A DNA stretch of 64,000 nt. It comes from a virus (Duplodnaviria > Caudoviricetes). Below, piece by piece: positions 55,558-64,000 of the stretch. The stretch is from IMG/VR virus record IMGVR_UViG_3300025030_000042. One strand, given 5' to 3'. The position numbers were made by a program, and so were the translations under genes. Position 1 is the stretch's first letter. Each line of letters opens with the position of its first letter. A model generated the notes under the pieces. That model had not been told where the DNA came from, searched no databases, and saw nothing but the letters and a program-made list of their open reading frames with translations.

Positions 55558-55737
55558 TTAGACAGAAACTACAAGTTTAACAGATGTTGTATGAATGCTT
55601 ATACAACGGTCAAATATATATCTTTCAATGCGCTTTTGTTTTAAACAATATATAGTCATAACTGTTGATGTTACTTTTATGACCATACAATACCCAGACC
55701 AATCGAGAAGATCGCCGACTTTTGGAAAATATAGCAT
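55558..55737 (-). CDS. Small KVGDL-family protein (59 aa, not in ORF track)
   Basis: Hand translation MLYFPKVGDLLDWSGYCMVIKVTSTVMTIYCLK... Starts right after the stop of the 55738 ORF. Confidence 0.6.
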   Translation of the reverse strand: MLYFPKVGDLLDWSGYCMVIKVTSTVMTIYCLKQKRIERYIFDRCISIHTTSVKLVVSV

Positions 55738-55935
55738 TTATTTTAACTTTTTAAGTCTGGGATTCAAGATTCGTTCTGGAAGAACATATTTATAATCTAT
55801 CCAAAATATATTCACATAATCATATCCGCCAAGATAGAATTTATTTATAACTATTCCTATAGGATGCCTTCGTTTGGCCAGCGAGTCTTTTTCCCACTCC
55901 CAACAAACAAGATCTCCGACTTTGAAGTCATTCAT
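55738..55935 (-). CDS. Small KVGDL-family protein
   Basis: FKVGDLVCW...IGIVINK...VNIFW. Confidence 0.7.
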   Translation of the reverse strand: MNDFKVGDLVCWEWEKDSLAKRRHPIGIVINKFYLGGYDYVNIFWIDYKYVLPERILNPRLKKLK

Positions 55936-56191
55936 TTTTATTTTTACTGCTGGCAAGGAGTTTATCGGTTTTGTAGATTTCAAAGCCGCTTAAAATCTCA
56001 TAAGTATCTCCGTAGTTTGTCGCAAAAACTTTATAAGTCGTATATTTTTCACAATCACATAAATAACGTTTTTCACGTATTGATTTATCTAATATCAAAT
56101 ATATATAAGTTCCTTCTTTTGAAGTGTTTGATAGGAGATCGCCCGGTTTTAGGTTCAAGCGGAGTTTTTGGCAGAGGCGGCAGAGGGGCAT
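55928..56191 (-). CDS. Small KVGDL-family-like protein
   Basis: LKPGDLL...YLILDK...YKVF. Confidence 0.55.
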   Translation of the reverse strand: MPLCRLCQKLRLNLKPGDLLSNTSKEGTYIYLILDKSIREKRYLCDCEKYTTYKVFATNYGDTYEILSGFEIYKTDKLLASSKNKNE

Positions 56192-56197
56192 TTATAT

Positions 56198-57402
56198 TTA
56201 TTCTTTCCAAGTTTTATTTTGAACAATCTTACATATTGCCTGTTTTCCTACTCCATATTCCTTTGCTAATGTAGAATACGAACCTTCACTGTTTTCATAT
56301 CTCTTTCTTATTTCTCTTGCTATATCTAATGTCAATACACCAATATTTTTATCTGGGATTTTATATGTTTCGTCTATCCAGATTTTATTTCTTATTATTC
56401 TAGCAATTGTATCTTCTTCTACTTTATATTCCAACGCTAAATCATCATATGAAAGTTTTTCGTTTATATATCTTTGTCTTATTTCACAAGCCGTTTCTTT
56501 ATTCAACTTTTTGCTTTGCTTATATGTTGGAATAATATATTCTGAATCTTTAAATGTTTTGTTTTTAACAATATCGTTTATTGTCATTACGTGAACATCA
56601 TAAATATCTGTTAACTCTTGTTGAGTTTTCCCTTCCAAAACAAGTTTGCGAATTTCTTTCGCAATATCACAAGAAAGTTTCAAGTTTATCCTTGTTGAAG
56701 AGTATAAATAGTTTGAATCTTTCCAAATATCTCCAACTACAACTTTATCTATTGTACTCTTTGAAACATTATATTCTTTTGCCAGTTCTTTTCTTTTCGT
56801 CCCCATTTCTGTTTTTTTTCGTATTTCTTTAACATCTTCATAAGTAAGTTTTGCTACAGCACTATTCTCACCACTTGAATCAATATGATTTTCTCGCATT
56901 TTTTCTTTTGTTTCTTCGGAATGTTTTTGACCATAAAAAGGATTCTTTTCTCCAAGCATTTTTCCAACAAGAGCAAGACTTATTTTTCTTTTTCTTTCTT
57001 CAGTAAAAACAACTCCGAAAGTATTACCGGCAGTAGGACTTTTATTGTATCCTTTCTCTTGTTTATATGATTCAAAAAAATCTAACCAATATTGTTCTCT
57101 TTGAATGATCAAAAACGGATTATATACCTTTTCTAAAACAAAAATTCAAAATTTTCTTCTTTATATTTATTCCAAGCATTTTGAAGATGATTATTTTTAT
57201 GTTTATTGTTGTTTAATGTGGAAAAATGAACACTTTGACGATGTTTTAAATACAAAGAACTTCCAACATATCTTTTTCCATTTACTTTGTTGTAGAATGA
57301 ATAAATCGCGCCATCTTTTAAAAAAAGAATATTGTTATTAAATAAATATTTTAATATTTGAGACATAAAAGTATCAAGTTCTGTTATCTTTTTCTTTTTC
57401 AC
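56198..57402 (-). pseudogene. GIY-YIG homing endonuclease with NUMOD3 and 4 HTH repeats, broken by a 1-nt frameshift near 57140
   Basis: GAIY...YVGSS...R..H in one frame. VLEKVYNPFLIIQREQYW...GYN continues in another frame after a T5 run. Confidence 0.85.
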
Positions 57403-57434
57403 TGTTAAATCCTTTTGCTGTTTATTACTACATC

Positions 57435-57463
57435 AGTATATCTTATGATCTTTAGTAAGTCAA
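57435..57463 (-). promoter_or_regulatory. Sigma70-type promoter TTGACT-N17-TATACT
   Basis: Between the capsid-gene terminator and the GIY-YIG gene. Confidence 0.7.
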
Positions 57464-57465
57464 GC

Positions 57466-57499
57466 AAAAAAGGAAGGAGCCCCCGATTTTTCGGGGGCT
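57466..57499 (-). terminator. Intrinsic terminator after the major capsid gene
   Basis: 9-bp stem AGCCCCCGA/UCGGGGGCU, 4-nt loop, then CCUUCC and U6. Confidence 0.75.
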
Positions 57500-57548
57500 T
57501 TGTTGGACTTTAATTGGTTATATTACGTAGGAGATGTAGGATATTTGA

Positions 57549-59333
57549 TTACCCGAGAAGATCCACAACTATGACCAAGCCGTAATAATCACTTCTCGTC
57601 ATTTGTTTGGCATAACGAGTCATTACACCTCGGCGTGGAGTGAACGTCTCTGTATCAAAGATTGTGGGCGTTACCTGCAACGGAACGTACGGGCAGTACG
57701 CAAATCCCGATTCCAGAAAAGACGAACCTTTACGACCCACTAGAATCACATTTCGTGGGAAATAAGGATCAACCCACAGGTCCCATTTCTTCGTCACACT
57801 ACCGCTCTTGACGACACTTACATCACCCTTGTTATCATCCGCAGTAACATTCGCTCGGAAACCATTCGTCATTTCGAGAATGTTCGCAACTTCTGGACTT
57901 GTCACCAGGAAGTTCGCACCACCTCGAAGCGTCTTACGATGGATTTGAGCACTTACATCGTTGATGGTTTCAACAAGAGTCTCATACCATTGACTTACGT
58001 TACCCGTGAAGTCTGGCAGATTCGCTCCATTGCTCGTAATATCAAGACCGGTCGTCTTATTCACAAACTTACCCGGACGACGAGACCAATGATATACACC
58101 AGCGGTCGCACCCTTAACGAGATCACCAAGAATCTCACGATCGATTTCAAGCGCAATCTGCTCGGACAGAATAGAGGTTAGTTCCACTTCTGCATCGAGG
58201 TTATGATACGCGCTTAGATCCTGACCGAGTTCTGGCGTCCACTTCGCCTTGAGTTTACGACTCTTGGCGGTTACCGCAATACTGTCAACTTTGATATCGA
58301 TCTCTCGAATATCATCGTTTAGACCAGTTGAGGTATTGACGGTATCAAACTCTAGACCCCAAGGAGTGGTTCCCACAACCGAACCAAGACCGGTACCGGT
58401 TGTAAACGAATCTTGAACTGCATAAGTAAACGCAGAACCAGACCAATTCGGAGTAGCTGCAAGATTAGCCGCCGAACTATCTTCACTACCACTGTTATGT
58501 GTAGCAAAAACCAGAAGCAGACGATTGCTTCCCGAAAGCGGATCTTGACGAGTTAGACGACGAACAAGAGCGAAACCCGCCATACTACCGGTACTTGTGG
58601 TATGAATTGAAACCAAGTTGTCAACATTTAGATTTGTAAAACTTGACTTCGCAACGTTGTATACCGCAACAATGCTACCAGAAAGATCCGCATCGTGACG
58701 AATAAGTTCATCACCACGATTTACATAATTGGCATCACCTTTTACTAACGGACCTTCGCTCTTTGCCCATACGCCAGAACCAGAACGCATTGCTACGAAA
58801 GTACCAGCAACCGTAACAGAACCGGTCGGAGTTGAATAAGCGTTATTTAGAGAATAAGCGCTTTTTTCTAGCGACCATAGATCGTTACCAACCGATAGTG
58901 CTTCGAGATTAACGCCACCAGTTAGTTGCCCACCGACCTTATCACCACCGTAAATACTTTCACCAGCAACAGCACCACCACCTGCTTTTCCATCAGTATA
59001 GGTAAAATCTAAGAAGAAGATTAGACCACTGGGAAGACTCATTGGTTGAACCGATACGAGATCGTTCGCAACAAGACCACCGAATACACGACGAACTAGA
59101 GGAAATGCTACAGCAGCAAAACCTTCAACATCACCAGCCGCCATTGAGCTAGCTTCAGATAGAAGTTGCTTTGCTTGGTTTTCAAGCAATAGCGCCATCG
59201 TTTGTTTTGACCTTTCATCACCTAGACCAACAAGCAGATTGGTCTTTTCCCACTTTTCGAGAAGTGCGTGACTTTCTCGTTGAAGATCTCGTTTTACGAT
59301 ACCTTCAGTTAGTTTTTGAACTATAGAACCCAT
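57549..59333 (-). CDS. Major capsid protein (T4 gp23-like)
   Basis: VQPM..PSGLIFFL, VTAKSRKLKAKWT.E..QDL.AYH..DAE.EL..IL, YCPYVPL, FTPRRGVMTRYA. Confidence 0.97.
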   Translation of the reverse strand: MGSIVQKLTEGIVKRDLQRESHALLEKWEKTNLLVGLGDERSKQTMALLLENQAKQLLSEASSMAAGDVEGFAAVAFPLVRRVFGGLVANDLVSVQPMSLPSGLIFFLDFTYTDGKAGGGAVAGESIYGGDKVGGQLTGGVNLEALSVGNDLWSLEKSAYSLNNAYSTPTGSVTVAGTFVAMRSGSGVWAKSEGPLVKGDANYVNRGDELIRHDADLSGSIVAVYNVAKSSFTNLNVDNLVSIHTTSTGSMAGFALVRRLTRQDPLSGSNRLLLVFATHNSGSEDSSAANLAATPNWSGSAFTYAVQDSFTTGTGLGSVVGTTPWGLEFDTVNTSTGLNDDIREIDIKVDSIAVTAKSRKLKAKWTPELGQDLSAYHNLDAEVELTSILSEQIALEIDREILGDLVKGATAGVYHWSRRPGKFVNKTTGLDITSNGANLPDFTGNVSQWYETLVETINDVSAQIHRKTLRGGANFLVTSPEVANILEMTNGFRANVTADDNKGDVSVVKSGSVTKKWDLWVDPYFPRNVILVGRKGSSFLESGFAYCPYVPLQVTPTIFDTETFTPRRGVMTRYAKQMTRSDYYGLVIVVDLLG

Positions 59334-59357
59334 TTTGTTTTGTTAAACTCCTTTTGT

Positions 59358-60509
59358 TTAATTATTTTTTTTGATACCCGCCAACTTCATCAAACGATCA
59401 ATGGACGGATCGGTTGTTTTATTGTCTTCTGTATTTCGTCGCACAGAAGATAAAACAAACGAAGATGGTTTTGAGATTGCTTCATTTAATGCTTTCATAG
59501 AAAGTTCTTTTTCAAGATCCTTTCCGGAAACCACTTCTTGAAGCATTTCGTATGCCACCTTTGTTGACTCTACCGTCTGGGATTTAGAAATCGACTCGAC
59601 AAGCTTTTGCTTTTGTCGCTCATTCAAAGAGGCGTTCTCTAATACCCTGTTCGTATAGAAAAGTTGCGCATTCTTAAGATTAACTTCATTAAGTTTATCT
59701 TTAAACTTTGTTAAAAGTTCTTTATATTGTTTATTTTCTTTTATTGTCTTTTCAAGATATTTTTCTTTTGTTACCAGTTTTTTATTTAGATTACCGACGC
59801 TTTCTTGAAGATCCTTTACCGTCTTTTTAAGTTCTTCCATTTCTTCTTTGACTTTTGTATCTTGTGTCATCGCCAAAGCATTTTCAAGGTTCTCTTCTTT
59901 ATCTTTTTCTGTTCCACCGATAACTTTTCCATTTGGGGAACCAACATCAAGATCAACCGTAAGTTCTTCCAAAATAGCACTCAAATCTTCTTCGTTGATT
60001 TCATATTCTTCTTCTGCGCCATCCATTTCTTCTGGATTATCACTTGTCATTTCAACTTCTTCTTCAAGTGCGTTGAGTTGTTTATCTTCAAGATCATTCG
60101 CCAAATCTTCGTGGCTTTCTTCTTCGCCACCCATTCCCACACCCATTTCATCTCCAGATAGTTGTTTTTCAAGATCATCAAAATCTACTTCAATCTCTTC
60201 TTCATCATCTGGGCATCCACAAAGTTTTTCACCATTTGTTGCCGCCAATGGAAGATCTTTAGCAATATCACTTTCCCCGCCAACTTCTACATTTAATCCA
60301 CCGCCCATATCCAAACCTTCTTCACCACCACCGCCTTCCAACCCCATTTCATCGTCGACCATTTCTTCATCATCTTGTTCAAGCAATGATTCTACTGCTT
60401 CTTTAATCTGATGAGCATATTTTTCAACAATCGCCTGCTCGGCGTTTTTTATAGCAATCTCTTTAAGAGTATTTGCGTCAATAATAGATTCTTCTAACAA
60501 TGAAGACAT
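59358..60509 (-). CDS. Prohead scaffold / core protein (gp22-like)
   Basis: Very acidic N-terminal half, coiled coil, many LxE motifs, immediately upstream of the capsid gene. Confidence 0.8.
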   Translation of the reverse strand: MSSLLEESIIDANTLKEIAIKNAEQAIVEKYAHQIKEAVESLLEQDDEEMVDDEMGLEGGGGEEGLDMGGGLNVEVGGESDIAKDLPLAATNGEKLCGCPDDEEEIEVDFDDLEKQLSGDEMGVGMGGEEESHEDLANDLEDKQLNALEEEVEMTSDNPEEMDGAEEEYEINEEDLSAILEELTVDLDVGSPNGKVIGGTEKDKEENLENALAMTQDTKVKEEMEELKKTVKDLQESVGNLNKKLVTKEKYLEKTIKENKQYKELLTKFKDKLNEVNLKNAQLFYTNRVLENASLNERQKQKLVESISKSQTVESTKVAYEMLQEVVSGKDLEKELSMKALNEAISKPSSFVLSSVRRNTEDNKTTDPSIDRLMKLAGIKKNN

Positions 60510-60535
60510 AAATATATTTCTCCGTTATCTAACAA

Positions 60536-60542
60536 TAAATAG
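60536..60542 (-). promoter_or_regulatory. Candidate late promoter motif CTATTTA
   Basis: Upstream of the scaffold-capsid operon. Confidence 0.55.
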
Positions 60543-60563
60543 TGTCTAAAATATCAAAATAAC

Positions 60564-61088
60564 TTAAGTAAATATTGTTGATTCATCCACTTCATTATCA
60601 TTTAAAACATCATTATTTGTCGGCTCATAAACCGCCTTTGCCATTGCTTCCGGATCATCACCCAAAATAACATGCCCGCATCGATCGGTACCCCCGTCCT
60701 TATCATTCAAAATCTCATTTGCCAGATTTGAGAATCTGTTTCGCAGTTGTTTTGCCGTTACCGGTCCGAGCATTCGTTTTGGAAATGTGTTTGAATATCT
60801 TGCCAATAGGCGATAGAGTTTGGTTCCGATCGTGACATCAATATTTTGTTCTGGGAATACAAGATAAAGATCCCAGTTTTGATTTGTTGCTACGCTTAGT
60901 CTTGATGGTATGGAGATGTTTTCTTTTTGTATGTCCGCCAAAAGATCGAGGGAGTGTCCGTTGTGTTCGATGGTTATTTTTGTTAGGGTGCCGACCGCGT
61001 TTTGTTGAACCGATTGAACCCAAGAGAGGCTCGCCATTTGTTCGATGGCGCCGTTGGGAATGCCGATATAGAAGTATAAACGTGCCAT
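60564..61088 (-). CDS. Hypothetical protein
   Basis: 174-aa ORF coupled to the LamG gene, higher GC. Confidence 0.7.
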   Translation of the reverse strand: MARLYFYIGIPNGAIEQMASLSWVQSVQQNAVGTLTKITIEHNGHSLDLLADIQKENISIPSRLSVATNQNWDLYLVFPEQNIDVTIGTKLYRLLARYSNTFPKRMLGPVTAKQLRNRFSNLANEILNDKDGGTDRCGHVILGDDPEAMAKAVYEPTNNDVLNDNEVDESTIFT

Positions 61089-63071
61089 TTATGTTGGTTT
61101 CCCGTATGCCTTCAGGTTAGCAATCAATCCGGAGGTTTGTTGTGTGCTGGAGCGATTCGCTCCAACATCGATGCGATCGATATCATCCGGCGGATTTGGA
61201 ACGCTGGTATCTGTAATGGATGATGATCCAGATACAAACAACGCATAATCGTTCGTCTGCCAAGTTGTTTTTAGATTATATTTTATGTTGCTCCACAAAT
61301 CTGTGTTGCCTGAACCAGATACGTGAGTTCCGTCTGCCGTTGACGCGCCAATCAAAACGGGAACATCCGAACTATCCGTCTTCAAAATGATTGCGTCGCT
61401 TGCCGAACCACCATCGGATAATGAATAAATGTAGTTGTCCGCGCTAGCGTTGGCGTTCGGCAATAGAACATCACAAACGAGCGTTCCCTTTTGATTGCTT
61501 CCGACTCCACCAAGGTTGCCGTCATCACCCTTGTAGCGTAACGCATCGGCAGTTCGGGTTGCTGCTGCCGTTGTGGTTGGGATGTAGGACGATGGATAAT
61601 CAACGCTGGCTTCCACTTGAAACCCATATAGGGCAACGCTGGATTGATTCAGTCCGTCAAATGTGCGATCGTTGTTGGCTTCTCCGACATATATTCTTTT
61701 TATGGAGCCCGTCGTGGCTGTGGAAGTAAAAGACATCCAACAACGCTTCCAACCGTTTGTCCACGATTCAATACCTTTCTCAACAGCATTTGCGCTTGTT
61801 CCGACCGATCCGGTTCCGGATACATTGAAATATGCCGTTGCGTTCGGTTGAACATCGTTTTCCAGTTGAATCCACGAACGATTAGAACCGGACACCCAAC
61901 ACGAAACCACATATTTAAAAGCATTGGTCTGATTGATCGTTTGCGCGATGAAATGAGTTGACGCCGGCGTTGAGTCTTCGTTTAAATAACTACCGGTCAA
62001 CACTCCGTCTGGAGCGGTTACTTGACTTCCGCTGATTGTGCTATTGGTTTTTAACCAAATGGTATTGGTAAATCCGGTCGATTGAAGACAAAGATTCGTT
62101 GCCGCCGGTTCACTCAAATATCCCTTGACATTGACATCATTCGCATCATTTCGTGAACAACAACGAAGCCAATTTGCACCAACATAATATAATTTTCTTG
62201 TGCCGTCCGATTCTACTTTATCCAGATATGCGGCTGATGCTCGGGTTGCCGCCGTTGGAGTTGCCGTTCCCTTCGCGATTTGGGGATAGATGCCGATCAA
62301 CTTTTGAAAGCGTTCGGCTGCTACGGTTGCTTGTAAATGGGTGTCAAGCCAAGTTTGGCGTTTCCACATAGCGAAGTAAGCGAGATTAGATGTATATGCA
62401 TTGCCGCCTGTTGATAATGCCCCAATAGTAAGTGTTGTATCCTTGGCGAGCGTCGTAACAGCCGCAATAGACACCGCAGTCCCAGCAATACCGTTGATAT
62501 AACAGATAGCACTACCACTACGGTCCGCGAACACTAGCACGTGATACCAGACGCCATTGACCAGCGGCTCTATTAACAAAACTGTATTTGTGCCATCGCT
62601 GCCAAATATTTGAAGATTGGTACTGGTGTCTAAAAGCGCTGTCCACCCTGCGCCGGCGCCACGTTTGTCCAATAGTCTAATGTTCGCGCCAGTGCGCGCA
62701 CGGAATAGGAGTTCAAAGACAAAATCTTCGGTTGTGACATCGGCGAAGGTATTATTCCCCGCCTGAAAATACTTCCCGCTATTGAACAGAACACTATCAT
62801 CATCCGGACCGAGAAGGGGGGAGCCTTGATTTGGTGTTGGAGCAGTTCCAGCACCCGTAATGGAAAGCGTTTCGCCATATTTATGCGGCAGCCACAATCC
62901 GCTTCCATTTGCCATTCCACCGATATAACGAAGAGTTGGATCAACCGTTATACTGTTAATCGTCAGATTTGGATCGAGATTATGAACTCCAGAATCAAGA
63001 AACGATGACGCAAATGTTGCGCTCGTTGAAACACAACTTCGTCCATTTCTTTTATTATTACAACACTTCAT
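61089..63071 (-). CDS. LamG/concanavalin A-like domain virion spike or fibre protein
   Basis: LamG pattern (WYHVLV..DRS..AICYINGI...LTIG), TATRASAAY, E.AATNL and YPSSYIPTT.AAATRTAD head-spike/fibre motifs. Confidence 0.75.
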   Translation of the reverse strand: MKCCNNKRNGRSCVSTSATFASSFLDSGVHNLDPNLTINSITVDPTLRYIGGMANGSGLWLPHKYGETLSITGAGTAPTPNQGSPLLGPDDDSVLFNSGKYFQAGNNTFADVTTEDFVFELLFRARTGANIRLLDKRGAGAGWTALLDTSTNLQIFGSDGTNTVLLIEPLVNGVWYHVLVFADRSGSAICYINGIAGTAVSIAAVTTLAKDTTLTIGALSTGGNAYTSNLAYFAMWKRQTWLDTHLQATVAAERFQKLIGIYPQIAKGTATPTAATRASAAYLDKVESDGTRKLYYVGANWLRCCSRNDANDVNVKGYLSEPAATNLCLQSTGFTNTIWLKTNSTISGSQVTAPDGVLTGSYLNEDSTPASTHFIAQTINQTNAFKYVVSCWVSGSNRSWIQLENDVQPNATAYFNVSGTGSVGTSANAVEKGIESWTNGWKRCWMSFTSTATTGSIKRIYVGEANNDRTFDGLNQSSVALYGFQVEASVDYPSSYIPTTTAAATRTADALRYKGDDGNLGGVGSNQKGTLVCDVLLPNANASADNYIYSLSDGGSASDAIILKTDSSDVPVLIGASTADGTHVSGSGNTDLWSNIKYNLKTTWQTNDYALFVSGSSSITDTSVPNPPDDIDRIDVGANRSSTQQTSGLIANLKAYGKPT

Positions 63072-63081
63072 TATTTAATAT

Positions 63082-63726
63082 TCACGCTCCAAGTTTAACA
63101 TCTTTAAAAAGTTGATGGGATACATCTGCGTTCATATATTTAACATCCATATATCCACAAATAATATGAGAAACTTCGTGTCTCATAAGAGAAATGACCT
63201 TATTTTCATCATATTCATTATTTTTATCCAATGTTGTTATATATATTTCTTTATTATCAAAAAAAGTTACTCCGACCATACGATAATTTTCATTCTGTAA
63301 AAGATATAAAAACTTCATATCCTGGAAATATATTTTTGTATTCTTTAGGGTATCCGCGATTTTTTCTAATGACCACGAAGATACTTTTTCGTTCCAAAAA
63401 TCAATCAGTTTATAAATTGTATCGTTTGTTTTATTTATGCTGATATTTTTTGATTCCGGTGATAACCACAATGATATTTCATTGAATAAAGATATTGAAG
63501 ATTTTACTTTTTTATATGCCGGCAGTTTTATCAACAAAAGAACACAACTTTCAACAATGACGGAAACTAACGAACATACTCCGGAAATAACTCTTGCCGC
63601 CATTGTCTGACCGAAAAAATATCCACAAATACCCAAAACAAACAACAATAACAAAGGAATGATATGAAACAAATCTTGTTTTGAAAGAAAACTTACATAT
63701 GTTTGTTTATTGATCGGGGCATTCAT
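63082..63726 (-). CDS. Membrane-anchored protein with HExxH metallopeptidase-like motif
   Basis: Two N-terminal TM helices and RHEVSH. Confidence 0.55.
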   Translation of the reverse strand: MNAPINKQTYVSFLSKQDLFHIIPLLLLFVLGICGYFFGQTMAARVISGVCSLVSVIVESCVLLLIKLPAYKKVKSSISLFNEISLWLSPESKNISINKTNDTIYKLIDFWNEKVSSWSLEKIADTLKNTKIYFQDMKFLYLLQNENYRMVGVTFFDNKEIYITTLDKNNEYDENKVISLMRHEVSHIICGYMDVKYMNADVSHQLFKDVKLGA

Positions 63727-63732
63727 TCAATA

Positions 63733-64000
63733 TTACCCCTTACTATTCACTCCGGAACCGCTTTGGGGAATGATTTCATCCAAAGCCATCGGAGGATAGA
63801 AGAGATGAGCGATTGCTTCAAACGAACCGGTTCCAGAAGAACTTTCACAAGAAACATAGAATGCTTTTACGGAACCTAAAGAAACACAATCACCATCGTT
63901 TGGAAGTGTATACTTATGATTATATCCGACAACATCACTATTCACTCTTGAATCTAAAGTAACGACCAAAGAAACCGTAGAAGTGTTTGTTATTTTTACG
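63733..64000 (-). CDS. Partial hypothetical protein (5' end outside the window)
   Basis: The frame is open to the window edge. Confidence 0.55.
   Translation of the reverse strand, partial: VKITNTSTVSLVVTLDSRVNSDVVGYNHKYTLPNDGDCVSLGSVKAFYVSCESSSGTGSFEAIAHLFYPPMALDEIIPQSGSGVNSKG

Noticed and set aside
55586-55607. Inverted repeat GTTGTAT/ATACAAC as a terminator or ncRNA
   Set aside because: It lies inside the 59-aa ORF 55558-55737, is AT-rich and has no U-tract.
1885-56191. Diversity-generating retroelement as the source of the KVGDL family
   Set aside because: No reverse transcriptase and no near-identical template/variable repeat pair with adenine-specific differences was seen in the window.
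1-64000. CRISPR array, rRNA, integrase or IS element
   Set aside because: No regularly spaced repeats, rRNA signatures or recombinase/transposase motifs were recognised.

Overview
This 64 kb window is part of a large, AT-rich, T4-like contractile-tailed (myovirus) dsDNA phage genome. Almost every gene is on the minus strand. The exceptions are an endolysin region at the left edge and one inserted methyltransferase. Left half (about 1-34.5 kb): lysis, nucleotide metabolism (IMPDH/GMPR, PurA, dUTPase, two deaminases, ThyX, class II RNR with a LAGLIDADG intein), two adenine methyltransferases, and replication genes (DnaE, DnaB-like helicase, 5'-3' exonuclease, RecA, gp32-like SSB, mini-PolA, tubulin-like protein), plus two atypical tRNAs. 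Right half (about 34.5-64 kb): baseplate, tape measure, tail chaperone, tube, sheath, neck, major capsid, scaffold and a LamG spike/fibre protein. Most notable observations: (1) dnaE is fractured into two genes carrying a naturally split intein, with a zinc-finger Vsr/DUF559-type endonuclease between the halves; (2) about 20 dispersed small K-V-G-D-L paralogues, some missing from the ORF track and two broken by compensating frameshifts; (3) a candidate +1 programmed frameshift in the tail chaperone; (4) an RBS-occluding hairpin with an embedded candidate late promoter in front of an HNH gene; (5) two GIY-YIG endonucleases, each disabled in the nuclease domain; (6) two non-canonical tRNAs. All product calls come from motif recognition by eye. 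No database searches were run.
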